Shown: positions 37,030 to 47,344, numbered from the stretch's first letter. The stretch: 62,392 bases of DNA from a bacterium (GCA_018812485.1 JAHJDO010000005.1:1-62392); one strand, 5' to 3'. Notes: generated by a model from the sequence alone, not told the origin. Numbers and translations: made by a program.

Positions 37030-38304
37030 ATGTTCAGATGTATAAAGCTGGTTATTACCTTCTTGTTATTTTTTAGTTTTGCATTGTTTGAAGCTAAAGC
37101 TGAAGAAGCGCTTACATGGGAGGCTTGCGTTAAAGAGGCAAAACAAAATCATCCTGATTTACTATCGGCACAGGAAAATTTAAAACAATCCAAAGCAGAC
37201 AAATCAATTGCCATGAGTACTATGCTGCCGCAGATAAGCGCTGATGCAAGCGACAAAAAATTAGAAACGGATGTTAAAAAAGAATACGAGGCTTCTTCAT
37301 ACAGCATAACAGGAAAACAATTATTATTTGACGGCTTTAAAATAGCTAATGATGTAAAGGCTGGTTCGGAAACTATAAAGGCTTCTCAATATAACTATGC
37401 AGTAACGTCTTCCAATATAAGATTAAGATTAAGAACTGCCTTTACTGAACTTCTAAGAACCCAGAAACTTGTTCTTATGACAGAAGAGATAGCTTTGCGC
37501 AGAAAACAGAATTCGGAACTTGTAAAATTGCGTTACGAAGCAGGCAGAGAACACAGAGGTTCATTGTTGACCTCTCAAGCTGATTTAGCTCAGGCTGAAT
37601 TTGAAGTCGTTCAGGCGAAAAGGAGTGTTTCTCTGGCTCAAAGACAATTAACAAAGGAATTAGGACGCAGAAAATTGGTATCTATTGAGGCAAATGGAGA
37701 TTTCGGAATTACAGAGATCAATAGACAAAAACCAAACTTTGAATATTTAGCTGATAACACGATTTTCTTAAAGGAACTTATTGCTAAGAAAGAAGCGGCT
37801 AGATTTGGTTTAAAATCTGCTAAGGCTGACTTTTTCCCTAAAGTTTACGCCAGTGCCACTACAGGAACAACTAACTCGGATTGGCTGCCGGACGAGGATA
37901 CGTATGCATGGTCGGTTGGTGTAAGCGTATCTTTGCCAATATTCGAAGGCGGAAGCAGAATAGCTAAAATTTCTAAAGCCAAAGCAGGACTGAATAAGGC
38001 ACAAGCGGATGAACGAAGCGGACGAGATAGTATTATTTTTACATTAGAAGAAACATGGACAGAGTTTCAGAATGCAACGGACAGGGTCTCTGTGCAAAGC
38101 AAATATCTTGAAGCCGCTAAAGAACGGGCACAGATAGCTAATGCTCAGTATTCGACAGGACTTGTATCTTTTAATGATTGGATAATTATTGAAGATAATA
38201 TCGTAAGTGCAAAGAAATCTTTTTTGAATGCTCAAGCAAATGTTCTGGTAAATGAAGCTAACTGGATACAGGCAAAAGGAGGAACTCTGGATTATGAAAA
38301 ATAA
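37030..38304 (+). CDS. TolC-family outer-membrane efflux protein
   Basis: Signal peptide MFRCIKLVITFLLFFSFALFEAKA after an AAGGGA Shine-Dalgarno. Duplicated OEP repeats. Confidence 0.85.
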   Translation: MFRCIKLVITFLLFFSFALFEAKAEEALTWEACVKEAKQNHPDLLSAQENLKQSKADKSIAMSTMLPQISADASDKKLETDVKKEYEASSYSITGKQLLFDGFKIANDVKAGSETIKASQYNYAVTSSNIRLRLRTAFTELLRTQKLVLMTEEIALRRKQNSELVKLRYEAGREHRGSLLTSQADLAQAEFEVVQAKRSVSLAQRQLTKELGRRKLVSIEANGDFGITEINRQKPNFEYLADNTIFLKELIAKKEAARFGLKSAKADFFPKVYASATTGTTNSDWLPDEDTYAWSVGVSVSLPIFEGGSRIAKISKAKAGLNKAQADERSGRDSIIFTLEETWTEFQNATDRVSVQSKYLEAAKERAQIANAQYSTGLVSFNDWIIIEDNIVSAKKSFLNAQANVLVNEANWIQAKGGTLDYEK

Positions 38305-39256
38305 GAAGTGGAAAGTTTATTCTATTTTATTAATCGTATTACTTATCATCGGCATAGTGGCAATAAGGACAAATAGAGGCAAGGTTTCTCAAGAAATTGT
38401 CAAGGTAATAACGCCAGTCTATGGCAATATTCAAAATTTTATATCGACGACCGGCACAGTACAGCCTCAAAACCGCCTTGAGCTAAAGCCGACAATCAGC
38501 GGACGAATTGAGAGTATTTTGGTTAAAGAGGGGGAAAAAGTAAAAATCGGTCAAACCCTTGCATGGATGAGCTCAACGGAAAGGGCAGCTCTTTTAGATG
38601 CCGCCAGAGCGCAGGACGAAAAAAGCATGAAATACTGGCAGGATGCGTATAAGCCTACTCCTCTGGTAGCCCCTATTGACGGAGAGGTAATTGTTAGAGC
38701 AGTTGAACCGGGTCAGACTGTTACTTCTTCTGACGCTGTGATTGTCCTATCTGATCGCCTAATTGTTAATGCTCAGGTTGATGAAACCGATATCGGGAAG
38801 GTAAAGCCTGGTCAAACAGCAATCATCAGTTTAGACGCATATCCTCAGGTAAAAGTAGACGCAAAAGTCGATCATATATCCTACGAATCTAAGGTTGTTA
38901 ATAATGTCACTATTTATGAAGTTGAAATTGTTCCCCAGCGAGTACCCGATGTTTTTCGCTCAGGTATGAGCGCAAACGTAAACATAGTAGAGACAAACAA
39001 AGATAATATCTTGATCATACCTCTTGAAGCCCTCAATCTAGATGAAAAAGGTAATTTTGTTCTTTTGAAAAGTCAAGATAAAGAACCCATTAAGCGCCAT
39101 GTTGAGCTTGGGATTTTGGGTGAAGACAACGTAGAGATTATCTCCGGATTAAATGCGAAAGATACAGTAATAATTAAGACCCAGAAGTATATGCCCTCAA
39201 AAGGCACAGATGGCGGCAGTAATCCTTTTATGCCTTCTCGTAAGAAAAAGAAGTGA
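38294..39256 (+). CDS. macA: Efflux periplasmic adaptor (HlyD/MacA family)
   Basis: N-terminal TM helix, then lipoyl/beta-barrel adaptor motifs. It overlaps the tolC-like stop and lies upstream of macB. Confidence 0.8.
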   Translation: MKNKKWKVYSILLIVLLIIGIVAIRTNRGKVSQEIVKVITPVYGNIQNFISTTGTVQPQNRLELKPTISGRIESILVKEGEKVKIGQTLAWMSSTERAALLDAARAQDEKSMKYWQDAYKPTPLVAPIDGEVIVRAVEPGQTVTSSDAVIVLSDRLIVNAQVDETDIGKVKPGQTAIISLDAYPQVKVDAKVDHISYESKVVNNVTIYEVEIVPQRVPDVFRSGMSANVNIVETNKDNILIIPLEALNLDEKGNFVLLKSQDKEPIKRHVELGILGEDNVEIISGLNAKDTVIIKTQKYMPSKGTDGGSNPFMPSRKKKK

Positions 39257-41220
39257 TAGAATTAAAGAATATAAACAAGACCTACAAAATTGGCGAAATA
39301 GGAGTACAGGCGTTACGTAATGTATCCCTAGAGATTACTCCGGGGGAATTTGTTGCCATTATGGGTCCTTCAGGTTCCGGCAAATCAACTCTTCTTCATT
39401 TATTAGGTTTTTTAGACAAGCCTGATTCAGGCTCGTACTATTTAGGAAAAAAAGAAGTAGCGAATCTCACTGATGATGAATCAGCTATTTTAAGAAATCG
39501 TCTGGCAGGTTTTGTCTTTCAGCAATTTCATCTACTTCCCCGAATGACTGCCTTGGAGAATGCAGAACTTCCTTTAATCTATGCTGGTAAACGTCACCTA
39601 AAAGAGAAAGCTCTACAACAGATTGAGGCGGTTGGTCTCACACAGAGAGCATCTCACAGCCCGAATGAACTTTCCGGCGGAGAACGACAACGAGTTGCCA
39701 TTGCACGTTCTTTAGTGAATGAACCATTGATTATTTTTGCCGATGAACCAACAGGCAATCTTGATACAAAGAGCGGACAAGAGATTATGTCAATTTTACA
39801 AAGATTGAATCAGCAGGGTAAAACCATTGTAATGGTTACTCATGAGAAGGAGATTGCTCAGTACGCAAAAAGAATTATTTGTATGCGCGACGGTAAAATT
39901 ATTTCTGATGAAAAAATTAAAACTGAGACTGAGAAGGTTTCTTCACCCTCTGTAATCATTCCATTAGAAGACATTCTATCGGAGTCACATTCAACTGTCA
40001 GAAAGGCCGAGTTCTTAGACCATATCCGACAGGCTGTTCAGGCCATATTTTCACATAAGATGCGTTCAATCCTTTCTATTCTTGGTATTCTTATCGGTGT
40101 TGCAGCAGTAATTGCTATGCTCGCTTTAGGGCAGGGGGCAAAAGAGTCTATTTCACAAAAATTAGCTTCTTTAGGTTCAAATCTCTTAGTTATAAGCCCC
40201 GGCTCTCGACGAACACAAGGAGGAGTAGCTTTACAAGCCGGAGAGATCACAAGGTTTACGCTGAAAGATGCGGAGGCACTTACAAAGCTGCCAATGCTGG
40301 AAAAGGTTTCTCCTACGGTAAGTGGTCGTGCTCAACTCGTTTATGGCAATAAAAACTGGAATACACAGGTTTATGGCACAGGAACGGATTACGCATCCAT
40401 GCGGGCGTCTATTCCCACTGTCGGCAGATTTTTTACAGAAGAAGAGTTACGGATGCGTCAGAAAGTGGTTTTGCTTGGTACTACTATAGTAAAAGAAGTT
40501 TTTGAAAATATTAATCCGGTTGGCGCAACAGTCAGAATAAACCGCATAAATTTTAAAGTAATAGGTATTCTGCCGGAGAAAGGCGCAACCGGCTGGCGTG
40601 ACCAGGATGATCTGGTAGTAATTCCTGTTACTACTGCTATGTACCGGCTTCTGGGAAAGGAGTATGTAAATTCTATTGATGTGCAGGTAAAAGATATTAG
40701 TATGATGGAGGAAGCACAATCTTCAATACGCCAGCTTGTTATCAAACTTCACCGTCTTGACAAAGACGATGAAAGGTCTTTTCAGATTCATAATATGGCT
40801 GAAATTCAGGAAGTTCTAGAGAGCACAACAAGGACAATGACCTTGCTTTTGGGTTCTATCGCAGCTATAGCTCTTTTAGTCGGCGGCATAGGCATTATGA
40901 ACATTATGCTTGTTTCAGTAACCGAACGTACCAGAGAAATAGGTCTTCGTAAAGCAATAGGAGCGCGCAGAAAAGACATACTGTCCCAGTTTCTTATTGA
41001 GTCCGTTGTTATGACATTTAGCGGTGGTATCATTGGTATTATATTGGGGATAGGCATAGCTTCCCTCTTGTCTTTCTTTGCAGGGTGGGCAACTAAGGTT
41101 TCCATATCATCGGTAGTTTTGGCTACGACGTTTTCTGTTGCTGTTGGAATAGGATTTGGATTTTGGCCTGCCCGCCAGGCGGCAAAACTCAATCCTATAG
41201 AAGCATTAAGATACGAATAA
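39253..41220 (+). CDS. macB: MacB-type ABC transporter (fused ATPase and FtsX permease)
   Basis: [24 protein letters not shown] and ADEPTGNLD, followed by MacB_PCD and FtsX TM domains. Confidence 0.9.
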   Translation: MIELKNINKTYKIGEIGVQALRNVSLEITPGEFVAIMGPSGSGKSTLLHLLGFLDKPDSGSYYLGKKEVANLTDDESAILRNRLAGFVFQQFHLLPRMTALENAELPLIYAGKRHLKEKALQQIEAVGLTQRASHSPNELSGGERQRVAIARSLVNEPLIIFADEPTGNLDTKSGQEIMSILQRLNQQGKTIVMVTHEKEIAQYAKRIICMRDGKIISDEKIKTETEKVSSPSVIIPLEDILSESHSTVRKAEFLDHIRQAVQAIFSHKMRSILSILGILIGVAAVIAMLALGQGAKESISQKLASLGSNLLVISPGSRRTQGGVALQAGEITRFTLKDAEALTKLPMLEKVSPTVSGRAQLVYGNKNWNTQVYGTGTDYASMRASIPTVGRFFTEEELRMRQKVVLLGTTIVKEVFENINPVGATVRINRINFKVIGILPEKGATGWRDQDDLVVIPVTTAMYRLLGKEYVNSIDVQVKDISMMEEAQSSIRQLVIKLHRLDKDDERSFQIHNMAEIQEVLESTTRTMTLLLGSIAAIALLVGGIGIMNIMLVSVTERTREIGLRKAIGARRKDILSQFLIESVVMTFSGGIIGIILGIGIASLLSFFAGWATKVSISSVVLATTFSVAVGIGFGFWPARQAAKLNPIEALRYE

Positions 41221-41225
41221 AAGAG

Positions 41226-41243
41226 TCCCCCATTGAAGGGGGA
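41226..41243 (+). terminator. GC hairpin after macB
   Basis: TCCCCC-ATTGAA-GGGGGA forms a 6-bp stem 5 nt after the macB stop. It is followed by TTCAGGGGG, not a clean U-tract. Confidence 0.3.
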
Positions 41244-41286
41244 TTCAGGGGGATGTAATCGAATTATTAAATAGTATGGTTGTAGA

Positions 41287-42777
41287 ATGAGATTCGCAGT
41301 CAAAGATACCCTAACCGAAGAGGAAATCCAGTCCGGGCTTAGAACAGTTATAAAGGATGGTTTGACCTCTCAAACTATGGTCACACTCACCGGCGGCATA
41401 TTTTTAGTCGCTTTTGCCTTGAAACTAGGCGCTTCCAACATGACTATTGGACTGCTGGCTGCTATACCTCCTCTAACCCAGTTGCTTCAGATTCCTTCAA
41501 TTTATCTGGTGGAGAAGGTACGTAATAGACGGGCAATTACTACCTATGCCGCCGGTATAAGCAGAATGTTTTGGTTATTAATTGTTTTAATCCCTTTCCT
41601 TTTCTCAATTCAAGCAGGGTTGACCTTTCTCATTGCAGCCATATTACTGCATACAGCCTTTGCTTCTGTAGCGGGTTGCAGCTGGAATTCATGGATGCGT
41701 GACCTCTTACCTCAGGACCGATTGGGTGCCTTTTTCTCGAAACGAATGGGTCTTGCCACAGGGTTGGGTATTGTCCTCAGCTTAGCTGCAGGAATCTATA
41801 TTGACTACTGGAAAAGATTATTTCCTGGTTATGAGCTGCACGGCTATTCTATTCTTTTCTTTCTGGGATTCCTTGCAGGAATGCTTGGTGTTTACTTCAT
41901 ATCAACCATACCTGAACCGCGTATGGCGCCGGCAGATAAAAAATTAAAATTTTTCAAATTACTCTTGCGGCCGTTTAAAGATGGTAATTTTAAAAATCTC
42001 ATTATGTTTTTAGGCCCATGGAGTTTTGCTGTTAATCTGGCGGCTCCTTTTTTCACCGTTTATATGCTTAGAAGGTTACAACTGGGCATGTCGTTTATTA
42101 TCGCTCTGTCTATATTGAGTCAGATAATGTATCTGGCATTTATACGAATCTGGGGCACTTTTTCCGACCGTTTCAGCAACAAATCGGTTCTTTTGGTCAG
42201 TGGCCCTTTGTTCATGTTGTGTATTCTTGCCTGGACTTTTACCACCTTGCCCGAGAAGTATGTGTTAACGATACCGTTGTTAGTAATCATACACATTTTT
42301 ACGGGCATTTCCACGGCAGGGGTGAACTTGGCTGTGGGAAACATTGGACTTAAACTGGCTCCCAAGGGACAGGCGACGGCATATTTAGCTGCCAATAGTT
42401 TTGTTAATTCACTGGCAGCCGGCACGGCTCCTATTCTTGGCGGCAAGTTTGCCGACCTTTTTGCAGGATGCGAACTTTCATGGACTCTAAAGTGGACAAG
42501 CACTGGAAGAGAGCTGGTCATTCCTACACTGAGTTTACAGCAATGGGATTTCTTCTTTTTTCTGGCATTTTTAGTGGGTTTATATTCCATCCACCGGCTG
42601 GCTATGGTAAAGGAGATAGGAGAGGTTAAAGAGAATATTGTCGTCCATGAGCTTGTTGCAGAGGTAAAAAGAGGGATGCGGAATCTATCCACGGTTGGGG
42701 GTTTACGCTACATGACCCAGTTTCCATTTTTAGTTGTTAAAACCGTCTTCAAAGGGCGAAGTAAGCCGCATATATAA
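41287..42777 (+). CDS. MFS transporter
   Basis: 496 aa with about 12 hydrophobic segments. G+C is elevated (a sampled line has 32/60). Confidence 0.75.
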   Translation: MRFAVKDTLTEEEIQSGLRTVIKDGLTSQTMVTLTGGIFLVAFALKLGASNMTIGLLAAIPPLTQLLQIPSIYLVEKVRNRRAITTYAAGISRMFWLLIVLIPFLFSIQAGLTFLIAAILLHTAFASVAGCSWNSWMRDLLPQDRLGAFFSKRMGLATGLGIVLSLAAGIYIDYWKRLFPGYELHGYSILFFLGFLAGMLGVYFISTIPEPRMAPADKKLKFFKLLLRPFKDGNFKNLIMFLGPWSFAVNLAAPFFTVYMLRRLQLGMSFIIALSILSQIMYLAFIRIWGTFSDRFSNKSVLLVSGPLFMLCILAWTFTTLPEKYVLTIPLLVIIHIFTGISTAGVNLAVGNIGLKLAPKGQATAYLAANSFVNSLAAGTAPILGGKFADLFAGCELSWTLKWTSTGRELVIPTLSLQQWDFFFFLAFLVGLYSIHRLAMVKEIGEVKENIVVHELVAEVKRGMRNLSTVGGLRYMTQFPFLVVKTVFKGRSKPHI

Positions 42778-42848
42778 TAAAAAAATTATGAATTAGGATT
42801 CTATTGTGGATTTTTTATCATCCCTCTCAAGTTCATACTTTTTAATCT

Positions 42849-42863
42849 AAAGGGTACCCCTAC
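42849..42863 (-). repeat. Short GTAGGGG-type element directly after the dus stop
   Basis: The minus strand reads GTAGGGGTACCCTTT, which contains the 8-bp palindrome GGGTACCC. It has the same GTAGGGG...CCCTTT ends as the element at 25674. Confidence 0.4.
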
Positions 42864-42866
42864 AAT

Positions 42867-43811
42867 CTACTGAACACTCTCTATCAGATTAATCAGTTCT
42901 TGATATGATGTTGCTTTGCTTATGCGGCTGCGAATTTCTTTGCTGTTATAATGGCCTTTAAAATACCTCATCGCTACCTTGCCCATGAGGCCTATCTTGT
43001 TAGCAAGGCCTATATCCTTATATTTTTCTATGTAAGCAAGGTGGGCTTTGATGACCTTTTTCTTTGCAGGCAAACTTGGATTTTCAGGAGTCTCGCCGTT
43101 TTTTAAATAGTTTTCAATATTTTTGAATATCCATGGATTGCCGAGCGCGCCACGCGCGACCAGGATTCCGTTGCATCCTGTTTCATCAAGCATCTTCTTA
43201 GCCATGAATGGATTAAATATATTTCCGCTTCCGAATACAGGTATCTTTAAAGATTCTTTAACAGCCTTTATTGATTCATAATCAATATCACCTGAGTAAC
43301 CCTGTAGCATCGTCCTGCCGTGTATAAAGACTATAGAGGCGCCGTTTTCCTCGCATTCTTCAGCAGTTTTAACACATTCTACGATATCCCTTTTATCAAA
43401 ACCGGTTCTTAACTTAACTGTGATGGGAATTCGCAGTTTGGAAACTAATTTTTTAATGATTTTGCCAAGTAACTCTCTGTTTTTTAGCAGAGCTGCGCCA
43501 GCGCCCTTTTTTGTTACTTTTTTTACGGGACAGGCGCTGTTTATATCCAAGAAAGATAGATCAACAAGCTCTGTAAGCTTTTCGGCGGCATCAAGCATTG
43601 CGGAAGGGTCTACACCCAGCAGCTGCGCAGAAATTGGGGAATCTTTCTTAAGCGTTTTTATGGAGCTCTTATTTTTCAGGCGGTCATAAACTATAGCTTT
43701 TGAATCAAGCATCTCAAAGAAGCAGTGTTTGGCGCCTAATCTGCGGCTTATAAGCCGAAAGGCAAGGTCTGTTACTCCTGACATAGGAGCCAGATATATT
43801 TTGGGATTCAT
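42867..43811 (-). CDS. dusB: tRNA-dihydrouridine synthase
   Basis: MNPKIYLAPMSGVTDLAFR and NSACPVKKV motifs. The start is taken at the ATG at 43811, not the longest ORF. Confidence 0.88.
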   Translation of the reverse strand: MNPKIYLAPMSGVTDLAFRLISRRLGAKHCFFEMLDSKAIVYDRLKNKSSIKTLKKDSPISAQLLGVDPSAMLDAAEKLTELVDLSFLDINSACPVKKVTKKGAGAALLKNRELLGKIIKKLVSKLRIPITVKLRTGFDKRDIVECVKTAEECEENGASIVFIHGRTMLQGYSGDIDYESIKAVKESLKIPVFGSGNIFNPFMAKKMLDETGCNGILVARGALGNPWIFKNIENYLKNGETPENPSLPAKKKVIKAHLAYIEKYKDIGLANKIGLMGKVAMRYFKGHYNSKEIRSRISKATSYQELINLIESVQ

Positions 43812-43818
43812 AGTGATT

Positions 43819-43827
43819 ATTATACCA
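43819..43827 (-). promoter_or_regulatory. Extended -10 promoter (TGgTATAAT) of dus; leaderless geometry
   Basis: The minus strand reads TGGTATAAT, then 7 nt, then ATG, with no Shine-Dalgarno. Confidence 0.45.
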
Positions 43828-43842
43828 TAAGCTCCAATCCTT

Positions 43843-43851
43843 TGATATAAT
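43843..43851 (+). promoter_or_regulatory. Extended -10 promoter (TGaTATAAT) of maf; leaderless geometry
   Basis: TGATATAAT at 43843-43851, then 6 nt, then the ATG at 43858, with no Shine-Dalgarno. It is divergent from the dus promoter. Confidence 0.45.
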
Positions 43852-43857
43852 AGACGA

Positions 43858-44460
43858 ATGCTGAAATACAACATAATATTAGCGTCAAAATCAAAGAGAC
43901 GCTCAAAGATACTTAAAGAATGCGGGATACCTCACGAAGTTGTTGTAAGCAACGTTCATGAGGAGATGGACCATAAAAAGGGTGCGAAGTTCAACGTCTT
44001 GCATAATGCCCGGGTCAAGGCAGAAAAAATAGCAGTCGAATATAAGGAAGGTTATGTTATCGGAGCTGATACCATTGTTTTATTTAAAAAGCGCCTTATA
44101 GGAAAACCAAACACAAGAAAAGAGGCAATATCTCTTCTCAAGTCATTCTCAGGAAAGACAGTCTTTGTCTATACAGGTCTTTGCGTAATAGACGCTAAAA
44201 GAGGCAGATCAGAAAGCGCAATTGATGTATCAAAGGTTCATGTAAAAAGACTCTCGCTCAAGAAAATAGATGAATTTGTGACTGTGGCCGGACACAACGA
44301 CAAGGCGGGCGGTTTTTCAATAGAAGGGCCCGGGGCATTTATATTTGATAATATAGAAGGCTCGTTTTATAATGTACTGGGTCTGCCCATGATGAAGCTT
44401 GATGAACTTTTTGAAAAATTAGACGTAGATCTTTTAGGAGAAGGAATTGGCAAAAAATAA
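43858..44460 (+). CDS. maf: Maf-family nucleoside triphosphate pyrophosphatase
   Basis: IILASKSKRRSKIL, GADTIV and GAFIFDNIEGSFYNVLGLP are family motifs. Confidence 0.9.
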   Translation: MLKYNIILASKSKRRSKILKECGIPHEVVVSNVHEEMDHKKGAKFNVLHNARVKAEKIAVEYKEGYVIGADTIVLFKKRLIGKPNTRKEAISLLKSFSGKTVFVYTGLCVIDAKRGRSESAIDVSKVHVKRLSLKKIDEFVTVAGHNDKAGGFSIEGPGAFIFDNIEGSFYNVLGLPMMKLDELFEKLDVDLLGEGIGKK

Positions 44461-44470
44461 GAATTCCACA

Positions 44471-45196
44471 ATGTTATACGGAAGAAACTCAGTTTTTGAG
44501 CGATTAAAGACAAATCCACAAACCATAAAAAAGATCTTTCTGCAGGATAATTTCAATGTGCCTCATATAGAAAAATTAATAGGAGAAAATTCTATTCCCT
44601 CTGAACGACTGTCTCATCAGGGACTGGAGAGGATCAAACATACTAAAGATCTTCAAGGCATAGTTGCCAGCGTAGATGAATTCAAATATGTACCTTTTGA
44701 CGATTTGATGAATTCCTCTAAAGACAAGCAGTTAACATTTATATTTCTCGATAGGATAAACGATCCTCACAACTTAGGAGTCATTATTCGCACCGCCGCC
44801 TGTTTTGGCAGACTTGCTGTTATTATTCCGAAGTTTGAAGCCTGTGAAGTAAACGAGACAGTCCAACACGTGGCTTCAGGAGGAGAGAATTATGTGCCAA
44901 TATCAATGGTAACGAACCTTTCCGATGCCATAATTGATGCAAAGGCTCGCGGATACTGGATACTGGGGACTGTTATAGCTGATGATTCTAAGGATATAAA
45001 TAAAGTTGACTTCCCTTTTCCTCTGGGCATTGTGTTAGGATCTGAAGGGAAAGGTATTCGCCATGGTTTGCAAAAATATCTTGATATAAGGGTTCGGATT
45101 CCTATGAACGGTGCTAAACTTTCATTCAATGTCAATATAGCCTGTGCTATTCTTTGCCATGAGATATCAAAGCAAAGCGGCGGAGTGATGTATTAA
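44471..45196 (+). CDS. rlmB: 23S rRNA (guanosine-2'-O-)-methyltransferase RlmB (SpoU/TrmH family)
   Basis: N-terminus LYGRNSVFERL, then DRINDPHNLGVIIRTA, LGSEGKGIR and SFNVNIACAI. Confidence 0.85.
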   Translation: MLYGRNSVFERLKTNPQTIKKIFLQDNFNVPHIEKLIGENSIPSERLSHQGLERIKHTKDLQGIVASVDEFKYVPFDDLMNSSKDKQLTFIFLDRINDPHNLGVIIRTAACFGRLAVIIPKFEACEVNETVQHVASGGENYVPISMVTNLSDAIIDAKARGYWILGTVIADDSKDINKVDFPFPLGIVLGSEGKGIRHGLQKYLDIRVRIPMNGAKLSFNVNIACAILCHEISKQSGGVMY

Positions 45197-45266
45197 CTAT
45201 TATAATTTGATATAATATAATTATAAGTAGAGGCGGGTATATTCTGTTGTTTATGTAGGAGGAAAA

Positions 45267-46331
45267 ATGTTTAGGTTTATTAAAAGAGTTTCAAAAACTG
45301 CGGGGCTCGTACCCGGCGAGCTTGTTCATGTAGGAGAAAGAAAGGTAGGTAAAGTAGAAATATCGGCGCTGGATTATGATGATAAGAATTTTTACGAAAA
45401 AGAAATTACCAATATTGAGGAAACTTTCCCATTTAAAGATACGCCAACAGTTACCTGGGTTAATATCAACGGATTGCATGAATTAGATATTATTGAGAAG
45501 ATTGGCAATAATTTTGAAATGCACCCCCTAACTCTTGAGGATATTGTTAATACCAGTCAACGTCCTAAATATGAAGATTTTGATAAGTATATCTTTATAG
45601 TTTTTAAAATGCTTATGTTTGATGATTTAAAGAAAGAAATAATTTCAGAGCAGGTAAGCTTAATTTTTGGTTCTAATTTTGTAATATCTTTTCAGGAGAA
45701 AGAAGGCGATGTATTTGATCCCGTTCGCCAGCGTATACGTAATGATAAGGGAAGGATCAGAAAAATGGGGGCGGATTATCTCGCTTACAGTCTTTTGGAC
45801 GCTGTTGTTGATAATTATTTTTCTATTTTAGAAAGACTTGGCGAAAAAATTGAAGAGATAGAAGAAGAGTTAGTTACCAATCCTACGCCTCAAACTCTGA
45901 AGGCTATTCATAATTTAAAACGGGATACGATATTTTTAAGAAAATCCGTATGGCCTTTACGTGAAGTTACCAGTGGTCTTGAACGGAGTGAATCTAAACT
46001 TATAAAAAAGGGGACGCATATATTTTTTCGTGATGTCTATGACCATACCATTCAGGCTATAGATACCATTGAAACATTCAGGGATATGGTTTCAGGTATA
46101 TTTGATATTTATTTATCCAGTGTAAGCAACCGGATGAATGAAATAATGAAAGTTTTGACGATATTTGCAGCGATATTTATTCCTTTAACATTTATAGCCG
46201 GTGTTTATGGGATGAATTTTGAATTCATGCCGGAATTGAAAATGAAATGGGGATATTTTACATTGTTGGGCTTTATGGCTGTTGTTGGCTTTGGAATGTT
46301 GTTTTATTTTAGAAGAAAAAAGTGGATGTAA
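45267..46331 (+). CDS. corA: Magnesium/cobalt transporter CorA
   Basis: YGMNF motif between two C-terminal TM helices. GGAGGA Shine-Dalgarno. Confidence 0.92.
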   Translation: MFRFIKRVSKTAGLVPGELVHVGERKVGKVEISALDYDDKNFYEKEITNIEETFPFKDTPTVTWVNINGLHELDIIEKIGNNFEMHPLTLEDIVNTSQRPKYEDFDKYIFIVFKMLMFDDLKKEIISEQVSLIFGSNFVISFQEKEGDVFDPVRQRIRNDKGRIRKMGADYLAYSLLDAVVDNYFSILERLGEKIEEIEEELVTNPTPQTLKAIHNLKRDTIFLRKSVWPLREVTSGLERSESKLIKKGTHIFFRDVYDHTIQAIDTIETFRDMVSGIFDIYLSSVSNRMNEIMKVLTIFAAIFIPLTFIAGVYGMNFEFMPELKMKWGYFTLLGFMAVVGFGMLFYFRRKKWM

Positions 46332-46352
46332 TAATCAGATTTAGGAATAAGC

Positions 46353-47036
46353 ATGGAAACTCAGGATTATTATAATATTTTAGGCGTAAATAAGAGTGCC
46401 TCTCCTGCAGAGATTAAAGCAGCATACCGCAAACTAGCTCTTAAGTATCATCCCGACAGATGTCCGGAGGAAAAGAAAAAAGAATGCGAGGAGAAATTCA
46501 AAGAGGTTGCAGCCGCATATTACGCTTTGGGCGACGCAAAAAGACGCAAGGAATACGATGATTATAAAAAAGGTGATTATGTATTTAGAAGCGGGCATGG
46601 CTCCGGAGACTTTGCTTCACAAACAGGGTTTGATTTTGAAGATTTAATGAAGCATTTTCATGAGCAGGGAGGGTCACGCAGAACCCAACAGCAAAGAGGA
46701 TTTAATAGATATTTCTCTTTTGATGATTTATCTGATATTTTTGAAGGAGTGAGTTCAGAGCAAGGCGATCAAGGCGGAGGCGCCTATACAACTTATCAAT
46801 TCGGAGGGGGTCAGCAAAAACATGATACAGATACATACGCAAATATAAAGATTCCCCGAAATCTTGCTGTGAACGGAGGTCAGGTTAAAGTTAAATTAAG
46901 CGATGCAAGAACAATTACACTAAAAATAAATCCCGGCACAAAAAATGGCCAGAAGTTAAGGTTGAAAGGCATCGGGACAATGTGCCCTACGTGTGACCAT
47001 AAGGGAGATCTAATAGTTTCTATACGTTATTCATAA
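46353..47036 (+). CDS. J-domain protein (short DnaJ/CbpA-like)
   Basis: DYYNILGV..YRKLALKYHPDR (HPD motif), a G-rich linker, and a single DnaJ-type C-terminal beta domain (GQKLRLKGIG..GDLIVSI). Confidence 0.8.
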   Translation: METQDYYNILGVNKSASPAEIKAAYRKLALKYHPDRCPEEKKKECEEKFKEVAAAYYALGDAKRRKEYDDYKKGDYVFRSGHGSGDFASQTGFDFEDLMKHFHEQGGSRRTQQQRGFNRYFSFDDLSDIFEGVSSEQGDQGGGAYTTYQFGGGQQKHDTDTYANIKIPRNLAVNGGQVKVKLSDARTITLKINPGTKNGQKLRLKGIGTMCPTCDHKGDLIVSIRYS

Positions 47037-47056
47037 ACAAGAACAAGGAGGGCCTT

Positions 47057-47326
47057 ATGAGCAGTAAAAGAAGTTTTAGTTTTGATGAAGCAAAGAAAAT
47101 TGGAGAGCAGCTGGGTATAAAGTGGGATAAATTTGACGTGGAGCAGTTTCGAATGGGTATGGATGTGGAGTTAGAGCATGGTTTAGTTAGTCCGGCAACA
47201 AATGTTACCGATGATGACCCCTTAACCACAGGGAAGATTGCCCTTGCCCACTTGGAAGAATTTTCCGATTATTATACGAGATTAGAAAAGATGGAAAAAG
47301 AAGCAGATAAATTTTGGGGAAAATAA
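47057..47326 (+). CDS. Small conserved hypothetical protein (possibly DUF5661-like)
   Basis: 89 aa with a strong AAGGAGGG Shine-Dalgarno. The MGMDVELEHG...IALAHLEEFSDYYTRL pattern prompts a tentative family recollection only. Confidence 0.5.
   Translation: MSSKRSFSFDEAKKIGEQLGIKWDKFDVEQFRMGMDVELEHGLVSPATNVTDDDPLTTGKIALAHLEEFSDYYTRLEKMEKEADKFWGK
47178..47211 (+). repeat. Left copy of a 34-nt direct repeat (31/34 identical to 50043-50076)
   Basis: ATGGTTTAGTTAGTCCGGCAACAAATGTTACCGA lies inside the 89-aa gene. Confidence 0.9.
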
Positions 47327-47344
47327 GGATAAGGAGATAGAGCA

